Numbered from the stretch's first letter, positions 35,973 to 46,680 are shown. The stretch is DNA of 64,000 nucleotides from a bacterium (GCA_037143335.1 JBAWZA010000010.1:25326-89325), one strand, 5' to 3'. The notes: generated by a model not told the origin, from the sequence alone. Numbers and translations: made by a program.

Positions 35973-37802
35973 CTATTTCAGTATGATCAATGATTTACTC
36001 AAAAGCACTTTACCTTTTGGCTGTTCAATCTGATAGAAGTATTTCCCTGAAGGCAGTTGACTACCAGTGAAGTAGAAGAAGTGTTTTCCTCCTTCATCAA
36101 ATGACATTGTTTCTTCAAGAATAAGTTTTCCCGTTGCATCCAGTACCCTAATACCTGCTTCTCCACCTGTCGGAAGTGTAAACGGTATTGTGGTCTTAAA
36201 ATCATGATCCGATGAGACTGGGTTCGGATAGTTCTGTTCGTCGCCCACCACAAATACGGCAGTGTGTGATTCCGCAGCTTTCTTTAGGTTGACTGTATCC
36301 TTCGCGGAGTAACAATTACCTCCGGGGTTTCCTAATGGGTAGCTTTGGATGGTTATAGTATCTGAGATATATGGTGTACATTTTTTTACTTTCATACACC
36401 AGGTGCCACAAGGTGGAAGTTTAAAATAGCCACTCGTTGGTTTAAATACTATAGTTTCTGTTGCAGGCGATGTTGTATATCGCATTGTACTATCCCATCC
36501 CTGTATTGCACTGTCTCGGTCACAGTTACCATTACAAGGAACAAGATAGGGTACTCTCGTGTAACTTGGTGGATATCTGTGCCAAATTGTATCCCTATGA
36601 CTCACTCCACCGCAAGCAGTATCACAGTGTACTTTGCGTAGTACGTCACCAGTAAATGTAAGCGTATCACATGGCTTTAGGCCGGGTTTAATGGTTACGA
36701 CGATACTATCTGCCTGGACATCCCAATCACTTCGCTGAACACAGAATGTTACGTAGCCACCAAAAGTTGTCCGCGTAATCTTATCGCAATTTGGATTACA
36801 TGGCGATATCAGACCACACCAACCACTTGCTGTTGAATCGCCATAATTATGATCGTGTGGGTGGGTTGCATCTGGATGAGGAGTATCATACGACCACCAC
36901 TCCACGTTTCCACCCCAATTATAGAAACAGGTAGCGGAAGGATTTATGGAGTGTTCGTCAGCTGCAACGCATAAGGTAATACTAAGCACATCGCCAACTA
37001 CCCAACCGTTTGCTTGATCTGTCCAAATATCAATGGTTATGGGTCCATTGATGCTGTTACCATTGCTAATTTGTACATGCTCCGTTGATATTAATTGTAT
37101 TGATGTATCATTCCTATCAACGGATTGCCGTGCGCAATAAAGTGTCAGGCAATTCGTATCAGCGGCAGAATTTCCTGCAATAGTGATTCTAAACCACTTA
37201 GTGCCTGCTCGTAGGACGTGCATTCGAAAATCCTTGCAACAAAGTGCTATACCCATACAACCGCCACTATCTGCTGGTGATAGAATAGACATAGAGTCAT
37301 GGTCACATGATGTGAGTGTAAATCCACCATTCCCATTCTCAGAGCTAGAATGGTATGATTTCCATGAGACATTTCCACCCGCTACATCACAACCATTCAC
37401 TGGACAAAGTGTGAAGTTCGCTGTCACTCCGCTCGATATTGCCGGTGTAAAAGTAAGCTCAATAATCTTACTTGCACCGGAATGGGTATTGTCGGTTGTT
37501 GTTACAGTGTCAAAACCGCTACTGACTGTTACTGCTTGAAAGTTATTGCTCTCAAAGCAAGACCAGTCCCAGCAACTAGTATCGTTGATAAAAATATCTA
37601 ATTTATCAACAGTGGAAGCACCCGGATCAAAGTTGAACTCTTGACAGCATTGATTTGAGCCACAAGCACTTGAGTGCTTGGAACTTGCCGTCAGTGTTTG
37701 TGCAACGAGAGATTGGCTACCATTCAGGAGAATCAAGCTAAATAGAAGCAAACCGTACCAGAAGTACTGCCTGCTATGGGGTATCGTTTTTGTTATACTC
37801 AT
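35973..37802 (-). CDS. cysteine-rich secreted protein with T9SS CTD
   Basis: 609 aa with a signal peptide and about 35 Cys in CxC/CxxC-like clusters. C-terminal GKYFYQIEQPKGKVLLSKSLIILK. Confidence 0.5.
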   Translation of the reverse strand: MSITKTIPHSRQYFWYGLLLFSLILLNGSQSLVAQTLTASSKHSSACGSNQCCQEFNFDPGASTVDKLDIFINDTSCWDWSCFESNNFQAVTVSSGFDTVTTTDNTHSGASKIIELTFTPAISSGVTANFTLCPVNGCDVAGGNVSWKSYHSSSENGNGGFTLTSCDHDSMSILSPADSGGCMGIALCCKDFRMHVLRAGTKWFRITIAGNSAADTNCLTLYCARQSVDRNDTSIQLISTEHVQISNGNSINGPITIDIWTDQANGWVVGDVLSITLCVAADEHSINPSATCFYNWGGNVEWWSYDTPHPDATHPHDHNYGDSTASGWCGLISPCNPNCDKITRTTFGGYVTFCVQRSDWDVQADSIVVTIKPGLKPCDTLTFTGDVLRKVHCDTACGGVSHRDTIWHRYPPSYTRVPYLVPCNGNCDRDSAIQGWDSTMRYTTSPATETIVFKPTSGYFKLPPCGTWCMKVKKCTPYISDTITIQSYPLGNPGGNCYSAKDTVNLKKAAESHTAVFVVGDEQNYPNPVSSDHDFKTTIPFTLPTGGEAGIRVLDATGKLILEETMSFDEGGKHFFYFTGSQLPSGKYFYQIEQPKGKVLLSKSLIILK

Positions 37803-37882
37803 ATGTTTTTTGATGAAATTAAATGATGAACTTTAACAATAGTTAAAACTACTTTCATGCAAATATAACTAAGTTTCTGACG

Positions 37883-38104
37883 ATGCTTATTCAAAAGATC
37901 GTCGGAGACAATATCAGAGGCTATCGAAAAAAAATCCAGTGGACACAGGAGAAGCTATCTGTTCGTTCAAAAATTTCATCTCCGTATATCAGCCGAATTG
38001 AAAAGGGACACGAAAATCCGAGCGTCAGTGTACTTGCGACTCTTGCAAATACGCTTAAGGTTGAACTCTTCCAATTCTTCATCAAGGAATCCTACAAGGA
38101 TTAA
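37883..38104 (+). CDS. XRE-family (Cro/C1-type) HTH transcriptional regulator
   Basis: 73 aa. IRGYRKKIQWTQEKLSVRSKISSPYISRIEKG. Confidence 0.7.
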   Translation: MLIQKIVGDNIRGYRKKIQWTQEKLSVRSKISSPYISRIEKGHENPSVSVLATLANTLKVELFQFFIKESYKD

Positions 38105-38257
38105 CATTCCTTTACATTAAGTCAACTGAGAACCGAAAAGGTTACAAAAAATTTCCGGCATGCCTCCTTCGTCGCAAATTCTGTACGTATTTCACCCCTC
38201 CCTTGGGAGATTTTTGCAGTCTGTTGCGTTTGTATGTTCTATAATATTTAGATCAGT

Positions 38258-41200
38258 TTGAAATACCCAGAAATACCAGCGAAATTATCGCCTGATGAGC
38301 GCGAAAGGCAGTTACTTCATTATTGGACGGAGAATAATATCTTCACTCGTTCAATAAGCGAGCGCGATGAGGCAAAAAGCTATTCATTCTACGAAGGTCC
38401 GCCAACGGTGAATGGTGTGCCCGGCATCCACCACGTTTTTTCGCGAACGATCAAGGATTCTATCTGTCGCTACAAGACGATGCAAGGCTACCGCGTCGAG
38501 CGTAAGGGCGGATGGGATACGCACGGACTCCCCGTGGAGCTTGCCATCGAAAAACAACTCGGCTTTAAACATAAAGACGAGATCAAGGAGTTTGGCGTTG
38601 CCAAATTTAATAAGACCTGCAAAGATTTTGTCTTTGATAATATCGGACGTGACCGAGGTTGGAAAGAACTGACCGAACGTATGGCGTATTGGGCAGATCT
38701 TGATAATCCGTATATCACCTGTTCGAACGAGTATATCGAATCAGTATGGTGGGCACTGAAGAAATTCTGGGATGCTGATAAAATTTATAAAGGCTTTAAA
38801 ATTCAGCCGTATTGCCCGCGTTGCGAAACTCCGCTGAGTTCGCATGAAGTGTCATTGGGTTATGACACAGCGAAAGATCCAAGTGTGTTCGTAAAATTCA
38901 AGCGCAAAAATACTGCTGAAGAAGAATTCTTTCTTGCTTGGACAACAACGCCTTGGACACTCATCTCGAACGTTGCACTTGCCGTGCATCCTGATGTTGA
39001 TTATGTGACAGTGATCAACAAGCGTAAGGATAAAACCGAGCGCTTAGTTCTTGCCGAAGCACTCATCAGTAAGCTCGAAGGCGAAACCGAAATAGTTGGA
39101 AGAGTAAAAGGCAAAGAACTTGAGGGCGCTGAGTACGAACGACTCTTTAGTTATGTACCAGTCGAAGAGAAAGCATTCTATGTTGTGCTTGGCGATTACG
39201 TAACTGTTTCTGATGGTACAGGTATCGTACACACAGCACCTGCATTCGGTGAAGAAGATTTTCAAATCTCGCGGAAGTATAACTTACCGCTCATCAATCC
39301 CGTCAATAAATCGGGTGAGTACGATGCTATCGTTACCGATTTCGCGGGACAATTTGTGAAAGACGCTGACCCAGCAATTACACAAAATCTCAAAGAACGT
39401 GGATTGCTATACCGTAAGGAGACTATCGAGCATACTTATCCATTTTGTTGGCGATGCGATACACCGCTCATTTATTACGCCCGTAGCTCGTGGTATATCC
39501 GAGTAACGGACTTTAAGGATAAACTTGTCGCCGCGAATAAAACCATCAATTGGAATCCGCCTGAGATCGGAGCAGGGAGGTTTGGCAATTGGCTTGAAGA
39601 ACTGAAAGATTGGGGAATTTCGCGAGAAAGATTTTGGGGCACGCCATTTCCTGTTTGGTTATCGGAGGATGGCACCGAGATGAAATGTGTCGGAAGTTTC
39701 TCAGAACTCATCGGTGCAGAATTCGCCGATGAGAACGGAAATCCGACAGGGAAGTATTTCACTCAAGCTGATCTTGCGAATTTTGATCCGCATAAGCCAA
39801 GCGTTGATAATTTGCTCTTTAAGGAAAACAGCGGAAATGGTTATCTCCGCCGAGTGCCTGATGTGATTGACGTATGGTTTGATTCAGGCTCGATGCCATT
39901 TGCACAACATCATTATATGGGCGAAGGCAAGGCGGGGAGCATTCCACTTCCTCCGAATTACCCTGCCGATTTTATTAATGAAGGTATAGATCAAACGCGT
40001 GGGTGGTTTTATACACTTCATGCGATCAATACTTTTTTATTTGGTGAACCTGCTTTCAAGAATCTGATCGTCAATGATCTGATCTTGGATAAAGCAGGAT
40101 TAAAGATGTCAAAGTCACGCGGGAATGTCGTTAACCCGTTCGATGTGCTCTCGCAATATGGCACAGATGCCGTGCGTTGGTATTTTCTTGAGAGCTCTGT
40201 TCCTTGGAAGCCGAAGCTCTTTAACCTTGACGACATTGCGGAGGTCGAGCGGAAGTTCTTTGGTACACTCCTCAACACCTACGGGTTCTTTACGCTCTAT
40301 GCGAACATTGATGGCTTCAGATATTCGGAAGATAAAGCCTCGAAGGTTCAGAGCCGCCCAGAGATGGATAGGTGGATCTTATCGAAGTTGCACTCACTTG
40401 TTGCGAGTTGCACACAGTCTATGGATGACTACGACTTAACAAAACCCGCACGTGCAATTCAAGAGTTCGTGATCGAGGAATTATCGAATTGGTATATCCG
40501 AAGATCGCGACGCAGATTCTGGAAAGGCGAATTGAATAGCGATAAGCAAGCAGCTTATGAAACATTGCATGAGTGCTTGTTAACGATTGCAAAGCTGATG
40601 GCGCCGATTGCTCCGTTTATGTCGGAGCTTCTTTTCCGGTCACTCACGAATACAGACAATGGGTCTGTTCACTTGGCAGATTATCCTGTAACCGATCAAT
40701 CGTTGATTGACTCAGCGTTAGAAGATCGGATGCATAAAGCGCAAATCATCTCTTCGCTTGTGCGCCAAATGAGAGAGCGCGCAAAAATCAAAGTACGCCA
40801 ACCACTTGAGCGCATCCTCGTGCCTTCGGCTAATCGGAAGGCAATCGAGGAATTACGTAAGGTTGAAGATATTATCTTAGATGAAGTGAATGTCAAGCGC
40901 GTCGAGCATATTGAGTCAGGTGATTCGGATGTGATCAAGCGCAAGGCAAAAGCAAATTTCAAACTCTTGGGCGCGAAACTTGGCAAGCAAATGAAAACTG
41001 CTTCGGCACGCATCGCAACGATGAGTGATGATGAGATCAGAACATTCGATGAGCAGGGATTTATCGAGTTTGATATTGATTCAAGCAAGATTCGAATTGA
41101 TCGTGGTGAATTGGAAATTGTTGCCGAAGATGTCGAGGGTTGGCTTGTCTCGAGTGAAGGCGGAGTGATCGTCGCGCTCGATACGCATATCTCCGATGCG

Positions 41201-41482
41201 CTGTTGAATGAAGGGTTAGCCCGTGAATTTGTGAACCGCGTGCAGAATATGCGGAAAGATTCTGGCTTTGAGGTAACCGATAGAATTGTCATCGGCGTTG
41301 CACGCCCAAGTGCTACGCTTACGTCGGCATTAGAAATATATCGTGGTTATGTTCAGCAAGAAACCCTTGCTACGGAAATATTTTTGTCAAACGATGCACT
41401 CAGTGATCGCGAGGATGTACACGAGGCGGAGTTAGAGATTGGAGACGAACGTGCGCTTTTGCGTTTAGCGAGGTTGAATTGA
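38258..41482 (+). CDS. ileS: isoleucine--tRNA ligase
   Basis: 1074 aa. PPTVNGVPGIHHVFSRTIKD (HIGH region). KMSKSRGN. TTG start as called in the ORF track. Confidence 0.9.
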   Translation: MKYPEIPAKLSPDERERQLLHYWTENNIFTRSISERDEAKSYSFYEGPPTVNGVPGIHHVFSRTIKDSICRYKTMQGYRVERKGGWDTHGLPVELAIEKQLGFKHKDEIKEFGVAKFNKTCKDFVFDNIGRDRGWKELTERMAYWADLDNPYITCSNEYIESVWWALKKFWDADKIYKGFKIQPYCPRCETPLSSHEVSLGYDTAKDPSVFVKFKRKNTAEEEFFLAWTTTPWTLISNVALAVHPDVDYVTVINKRKDKTERLVLAEALISKLEGETEIVGRVKGKELEGAEYERLFSYVPVEEKAFYVVLGDYVTVSDGTGIVHTAPAFGEEDFQISRKYNLPLINPVNKSGEYDAIVTDFAGQFVKDADPAITQNLKERGLLYRKETIEHTYPFCWRCDTPLIYYARSSWYIRVTDFKDKLVAANKTINWNPPEIGAGRFGNWLEELKDWGISRERFWGTPFPVWLSEDGTEMKCVGSFSELIGAEFADENGNPTGKYFTQADLANFDPHKPSVDNLLFKENSGNGYLRRVPDVIDVWFDSGSMPFAQHHYMGEGKAGSIPLPPNYPADFINEGIDQTRGWFYTLHAINTFLFGEPAFKNLIVNDLILDKAGLKMSKSRGNVVNPFDVLSQYGTDAVRWYFLESSVPWKPKLFNLDDIAEVERKFFGTLLNTYGFFTLYANIDGFRYSEDKASKVQSRPEMDRWILSKLHSLVASCTQSMDDYDLTKPARAIQEFVIEELSNWYIRRSRRRFWKGELNSDKQAAYETLHECLLTIAKLMAPIAPFMSELLFRSLTNTDNGSVHLADYPVTDQSLIDSALEDRMHKAQIISSLVRQMRERAKIKVRQPLERILVPSANRKAIEELRKVEDIILDEVNVKRVEHIESGDSDVIKRKAKANFKLLGAKLGKQMKTASARIATMSDDEIRTFDEQGFIEFDIDSSKIRIDRGELEIVAEDVEGWLVSSEGGVIVALDTHISDALLNEGLAREFVNRVQNMRKDSGFEVTDRIVIGVARPSATLTSALEIYRGYVQQETLATEIFLSNDALSDREDVHEAELEIGDERALLRLARLN

Positions 41483-42700
41483 TCTCGTCCTCCGAAACTC
41501 GATCGCAAGTAGGAGTGCAGCCACAATAGCAAATCCTCCTCCTGCAAGAAAGGGGAGTTGCATTCCGTACTCTTGCCATAGCACTCCTGCGAGTAAGCTC
41601 GCCGGAAGTGCCGCTATTCCAATTACTCCGTTGAAGAGACCATATGCAGAGCCGCGAGATTCTTTTGGTACAAGGTCGGCAACAAATGCTTTCTCTGCGC
41701 CTTCGGTGATACCATAATAGAGTCCGTAGGAAATGTAGAGAATCCAAATATGGAGCTCGCTCGTGGCAAGCGCAAAGCCCAGATAGAGCACAGCATAAAA
41801 TATCCAACCGATTAGTAGTAATGTCTTTCTGCCTAATTTATCCGAAAGCTTACCAGCGGGATAGGCGGAGAGTGTGGTTACTAGGTTGAAGAGAGCAATC
41901 ATCAAGAAAATCTCCGCAGCAGAAATACCGACCGAGTTTGCACGAAGCAGAAGAAAGGCATCGCTGGACATTCCTAATGAAAAAATAAAAAGAATCGCAA
42001 GGTAGCGGTAAAAGTCTTTTCCCATTCCTCGGAATGAAAGACTTACAGAAGTTTTCGCTACCGCTCTTTTTTTCTCCTTGACAAAAAAGATAATAATTAA
42101 TACTGAGAGCACAGTCGGGACGGTTGCAATGATAATCAGCGTTCTAAATATTTCTGGCGTGACCTTACCACCCGTATTCGTTGCAAATCCGCCAATACCA
42201 TAAAGAACAGCCGCTGCGATGAGTGCGCCAAGCGTTGCTCCGAACGGATCAAGCGCACGATTGAACCCGAAAGCACGTCCGCGGTTATCTGGAGTTACGG
42301 AGTCTGCGATGAGCGCATCACGCGGAGCGGTACGGATTCCTTTGCCAACGCGATCCAAAAATCGGAAGACAAATGGTGCCGCCCAGTTTGTTGCGAGTAG
42401 AAGTATTGGACGTGTGAGAGTTGAAAGTCCGTAGCCAATTGCAGTTAGTGATTTCCGTGAACGGAGTCTATCGCTGTACCATCCAAAAAAAACTTTGAGC
42501 AGCGACGATGTTGTTTCCGCGACACCCTCGATCATACCTATCACACTCATACTCACCCCGAGCACTCCAGAAAGGAAGAGAGGTAATACACGCAAAACTA
42601 TTTCGCTCGATATGTCATTGAACATCGAGGTAATGCCAAGCCAGATGACATTACTCGGGAGTTTTGTTGAAGCATGTTTAGGTTTTATTTTTGCTGGCAT
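41465..42700 (-). CDS. MFS transporter
   Basis: 411 aa with 12 TM helices. Contains G-x-x-S-D-R-L-R-S-R-K. 3-prime end overlaps ileS by 18 nt. Confidence 0.7.
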   Translation of the reverse strand: MPAKIKPKHASTKLPSNVIWLGITSMFNDISSEIVLRVLPLFLSGVLGVSMSVIGMIEGVAETTSSLLKVFFGWYSDRLRSRKSLTAIGYGLSTLTRPILLLATNWAAPFVFRFLDRVGKGIRTAPRDALIADSVTPDNRGRAFGFNRALDPFGATLGALIAAAVLYGIGGFATNTGGKVTPEIFRTLIIIATVPTVLSVLIIIFFVKEKKRAVAKTSVSLSFRGMGKDFYRYLAILFIFSLGMSSDAFLLLRANSVGISAAEIFLMIALFNLVTTLSAYPAGKLSDKLGRKTLLLIGWIFYAVLYLGFALATSELHIWILYISYGLYYGITEGAEKAFVADLVPKESRGSAYGLFNGVIGIAALPASLLAGVLWQEYGMQLPFLAGGGFAIVAALLLAIEFRRTRSIQPR

Positions 42701-42733
42701 AAAAAGAAAAAAAAACCGGAGCTAACTCCGGTT
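42701..42733 (-). terminator. rho-independent terminator of the 42756..44393 gene
   Basis: CCGGAG-ctaa-CTCCGG followed by a T-run on the minus strand. Confidence 0.6.
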
Positions 42734-42755
42734 TCTTATTGAAAATATTTGCTGA

Positions 42756-44393
42756 TTAATTCCCATGAATTGGATTGACACGAACCACGATCCATTTTGG
42801 TTGGTAATCGGGGTTCGGGTGATTTTGGCGCCCAACTAAGAACGCTTCATAAATCGCGCCGTCCTCTGGTGTGAACGTATAGGTTATTGTGCTCGTAGGA
42901 TCAACGCCATTATTTGTTTGTGCTGAAAGTGTAACATCCGTTCCGATTGGCACAACAGGTGTGGCATCATAAGTTTTCGGTGCTCCGACCTTATAGGTAG
43001 TCTCGGTACCGTTTCCGCTCATTAGACTAAATTTAATTTTATTCGGCGTTTGTGGATTTTTTAAATAGCATAGCATATTGCCCACCACAATCCTCGCTGA
43101 ACCCGCGATTGGTGCATCCGGAATTGGTATTGTTGCTACACCAGCTGCTGAATCGTAACCAGCTGTTGGAAGTGATACAGGTTTCTTTACAGAATCAAAT
43201 ACTATTATGGTATAAAGTTGGTCACTCTTCAATTGTCCGTTGGCACCAGTCAAGCCTGCATAAAAACGGAAAAGAATGTTGTCGGCGGAACTTGGGTTCT
43301 TCTCGCCAGCAGGTGTTTTCAACAGTTTGAGATAGAGCTTATCCGTTGCGGGATTGTACGAAAACGCAGTTGGTACTTGGTAGAACGCTTTCCCATCGGG
43401 TGACATACCAATCGAATGTGGGGCAAGAGAAAAGTACGTTAGATTCTGATAATTAAAATCAGAATTATTATTGATAACAACAGAAAGACCTTGTGGCATA
43501 TAATCAAAAAGCGTGCTTGTCGGGTTTGCCGGGGGAACAAGAGCATTGATAAAATTATAACGGAGTGTCGATGGGACGGCATAAGTCAAATCAACGCCTT
43601 GGTCGTCATCTAAAATTCTGATACGCGTCGTGTCGTTAAGTGTGATTGCGCCACTTGCGTCAGGTGTGCGATTTGAAGAATCCTGGCCACCCCACGTTAC
43701 GGTCTTATAAGCTGCGGAGTCCACTGTGATTCCTGAGAGTCTGCCAACGACTTTGTTATTCGCATCAGTTACATAGAATGTGAGAGTCGTATCCGGAGCG
43801 GTTGGAATACCTACATATTGGCTAATGGTCTTATAAGCTTGATTAACCGCAATTGGCATACCGTTGATCGGATCACCTACACGCAACGTCATCGGACCCG
43901 AGGGATTTACATTGATAAATCGGAAAAAACCTTTCGCGCTCGGCGCGTTTGCAAGTGGGGCATCGTCAACGATGAGCGATTCAAATGCTCCGCCTTTAGC
44001 AACACCATTGCCGGTAACAAACCACGTTTTCTTATCGCCTGGCTTGAGGATAATATCCTCATGGATTTCCGCATTTTTTGTAACAGCGTTAATCACAACA
44101 AGGTGATACGTTGCTCCAGAATTTCTATTCGTTGGGATATTTGTATAATATGGAGTAACAATCCCATAGGTCAACGGGGTAGGTGTCTTGCTCGCTGCAG
44201 CTGAGTCAGCACTTGTCGCATTGACTGGGTACATGTAGATCTGTATGCCATCAATCTGATGGAAATTTGCGAACCGAATCTCGGCGAGTTGAACAAAAGC
44301 TGGATCGGCAGTTGTATCCTTACAGCCGTTCACACTGATTGTCGCAAGAAGTGCAGAGAGCGAGAGAGCTAACAGAAATCCTTTTTTCATCAT
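42756..44393 (-). CDS. hypothetical lipoprotein with repeated beta-rich domains
   Basis: MMKKGFLLALSLSALLATISVNGC lipobox. 545 aa. Internal repeats. Confidence 0.45.
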   Translation of the reverse strand: MMKKGFLLALSLSALLATISVNGCKDTTADPAFVQLAEIRFANFHQIDGIQIYMYPVNATSADSAAASKTPTPLTYGIVTPYYTNIPTNRNSGATYHLVVINAVTKNAEIHEDIILKPGDKKTWFVTGNGVAKGGAFESLIVDDAPLANAPSAKGFFRFINVNPSGPMTLRVGDPINGMPIAVNQAYKTISQYVGIPTAPDTTLTFYVTDANNKVVGRLSGITVDSAAYKTVTWGGQDSSNRTPDASGAITLNDTTRIRILDDDQGVDLTYAVPSTLRYNFINALVPPANPTSTLFDYMPQGLSVVINNNSDFNYQNLTYFSLAPHSIGMSPDGKAFYQVPTAFSYNPATDKLYLKLLKTPAGEKNPSSADNILFRFYAGLTGANGQLKSDQLYTIIVFDSVKKPVSLPTAGYDSAAGVATIPIPDAPIAGSARIVVGNMLCYLKNPQTPNKIKFSLMSGNGTETTYKVGAPKTYDATPVVPIGTDVTLSAQTNNGVDPTSTITYTFTPEDGAIYEAFLVGRQNHPNPDYQPKWIVVRVNPIHGN

Positions 44394-44599
44394 GGTATCT
44401 ACGTTTAGAGTCCGTGAGTCTTACACAACATATTACAATACTACACCAAACACACCCAAAAGTCGCAGAATAACTCCGCAAACACTTAAAAAGTTTGATA
44501 GGAGTGCAAAAATACGAAAAAATTTGAGGGTCAAGGGTGGAACCGTATTTTTGAAGCCAAGCGGTACACATGTTGTATTTTTGTAAAAAACATCATTAT

Positions 44600-45058
44600 A
44601 TGGCAAAGCACCACTGGCTCTTGAAATCGGAACCCTCAGCATATTCGATTGACGATCTAAAATCAGATGGCTCAACTGAGTGGACGGGAGTGCGTAACTA
44701 TCAAGCGCGTAATACTTTACGGGATTTGATGAAGAAAGGAGATCAAGCATTCTATTATCATTCCGCCGATGAGACGGCTATTGTTGGTATATGTGAAATC
44801 ACAAGCGACGCTCTGCCCGACCCGACTGCTTGGGATAAAGAAGACAGCCACTACGATGCAAAATCATCACCGGCAAACCCAATCTGGTATTGTCGCAAGG
44901 TCAAGTTCAAAAAGAAATTGAAGAAAGCTCTGACGTTAAGTGACCTGAGAGGTTTGAAGGGGTTGGAGAAAATGGTGTTGCTTCAAAAAGGCTCTCGTCT
45001 TTCTGTTCAGCCTGTCCGAGCGGAAGAATGGGAGATTATTGAGAAGGCAATAAATTAG
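44600..45058 (+). CDS. EVE (PUA-like) domain protein
   Basis: MAKHHWLLKSEPSAYSIDDL...GVRNYQARN is typical of EVE domains. Confidence 0.65.
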   Translation: MAKHHWLLKSEPSAYSIDDLKSDGSTEWTGVRNYQARNTLRDLMKKGDQAFYYHSADETAIVGICEITSDALPDPTAWDKEDSHYDAKSSPANPIWYCRKVKFKKKLKKALTLSDLRGLKGLEKMVLLQKGSRLSVQPVRAEEWEIIEKAIN

Positions 45059-45059
45059 T

Positions 45060-46082
45060 TTATATTTTCCTCATCGTAGAGATAACATCCTGCATATCCT
45101 CAGGCAAATCGGTCGTCCATTCCATTAAATCTCCTGTTCGTGGGTGATGGAGCCGAAGTGTCTTTGCATGCAATGCCTGTCTTGGAAAATCATCTAAGAG
45201 GTGCTCTGCCCATTGTTTAAATTTTGGGACATCATGTCGAACAGTCATCATGGCTCTGCCTCCATACGTCACATCACCGAAAACAGGATGGCCAATGTGT
45301 TGCATGTGGACTCGGATTTGATGCGTCCTACCAGTTTGCAGTTTTAACTCGATGAGCGAGAATCCCTTGAATTCTTCGGATACGAAATACTCTGTGATCG
45401 CAAGCTTGCCATTTTCATAGACAACGGCAAATTTCTTTCTGTCCTTTGGATGTCTTCCAATCAACGTCTCAATTTTGCCGAATCTTGTCTTTGGGATTCC
45501 CCAGCAAATGGCATTATAAACTCTGTGTGCTGTGTGGAGGAAGAATTGCTTTGCGAGATTCCTATGCGCTTCTTCGTTTTTTGCCACTACGATAAGTCCT
45601 GATGTATCCTTGTCCAACCGGTGCACTATACCCGGACGATCAGAGTCGTCGGATTCTTCTGATAAGTTTTCGATATGGTGCAAGAGCGCATTCACAAGAG
45701 TCCCCGAATTCGTCGCAAGTGTTGGATGTACAACCATTCCGGCGGCTTTATTAATCACAATCATATCTTCATCCTCGAAAACGATATCAATTGGGATGTC
45801 TTCGGCTTCGGCTTTCATTCTGCCTCGTGATGGAATGCGCAGTTCGATCTCATCTCCACCCTTGATTTTATAAGATCCCCTAGTATGGACCTCGCCATTA
45901 ACCGACACTGCGCCAGTTTCTAATCCCTCCTGGACTTTGCTCCGGGAAGTATTGGCGACCATGCGTGCGATGTACTGGTCTATGCGTTCGGGAGTCTCGC
46001 CTTTGGGCACAAGTAATGTGACTACTCGGTGCTGATGCGGAATATCATCTTCGATGAAAGGAAGGTCAAGTTCATCAAGCAT
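45060..46082 (-). CDS. rluD: RluA-family 23S rRNA pseudouridine synthase (RluD-like)
   Basis: S4 domain plus HRLDKDTSGLIVVAKN catalytic motif. Confidence 0.8.
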   Translation of the reverse strand: MLDELDLPFIEDDIPHQHRVVTLLVPKGETPERIDQYIARMVANTSRSKVQEGLETGAVSVNGEVHTRGSYKIKGGDEIELRIPSRGRMKAEAEDIPIDIVFEDEDMIVINKAAGMVVHPTLATNSGTLVNALLHHIENLSEESDDSDRPGIVHRLDKDTSGLIVVAKNEEAHRNLAKQFFLHTAHRVYNAICWGIPKTRFGKIETLIGRHPKDRKKFAVVYENGKLAITEYFVSEEFKGFSLIELKLQTGRTHQIRVHMQHIGHPVFGDVTYGGRAMMTVRHDVPKFKQWAEHLLDDFPRQALHAKTLRLHHPRTGDLMEWTTDLPEDMQDVISTMRKI

Positions 46083-46088
46083 ATCAGG

Positions 46089-46667
46089 TTACTCAGAAAC
46101 TTGGAGGCTTGTTGGTGCTTGTTGTGATTCAGCAGGTTTTTTCTTCATCAACATCAGTGTAAGAAGGATCACACCGATAGTCACACAAGAATCGGCAACG
46201 TTAAAAACGGGCCACCAATTTTTTTTGTAGCCAAAATCAATAAAGTCAACCACGTGCCCGTAAAACAGAGACTCTTCACCGAATAACACCCCATAAAAGC
46301 AGCGGTCAATGAGATTGCCAACAGCACCACCCATAATCATGGAGAGTGCAACCAACTCCCATTTCGGAAGACGCTCTCGATTCCGAATGATATATACAAG
46401 AATCCCAATGGAAGCGGCGATTGAGAAAAGCGAGAAGAATATCTTCATCCCCGGTATTTGTATACCAAAAGCGATACCAGGGTTCTCGACGTAGGTTATG
46501 CGAAAGATATCAGCGAGAAGTGGCTGTGAACTTCCATACGCCATTCCATGTAGGCCAAGAAACGGAATGCCCTTGATCAATAATTTTGTGAGCTGATCGA
46601 GCACGACGATCGAAGTCGTGATCAACAACAAATTCTTAAGCGATGGATGTTTTTCGCTCTCGGACAT
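46089..46667 (-). CDS. lspA: lipoprotein signal peptidase II
   Basis: NPGIAFG and FNVADS motifs. 4 TM helices. Confidence 0.8.
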   Translation of the reverse strand: MSESEKHPSLKNLLLITTSIVVLDQLTKLLIKGIPFLGLHGMAYGSSQPLLADIFRITYVENPGIAFGIQIPGMKIFFSLFSIAASIGILVYIIRNRERLPKWELVALSMIMGGAVGNLIDRCFYGVLFGEESLFYGHVVDFIDFGYKKNWWPVFNVADSCVTIGVILLTLMLMKKKPAESQQAPTSLQVSE

Positions 46668-46680
46668 AATTCAATTGAGG

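Noticed and set aside
38105-38257. T-box or other riboswitch leader upstream of ileS
   Set aside because: No specifier/antiterminator T-box motif (AGGGUGGNACCGCG) or conserved riboswitch core is visible. The region is most likely just a promoter spacer.
40696-41292. 198-aa Ser-rich antisense ORF within ileS
   Set aside because: It is antisense to ileS and has low-complexity composition.
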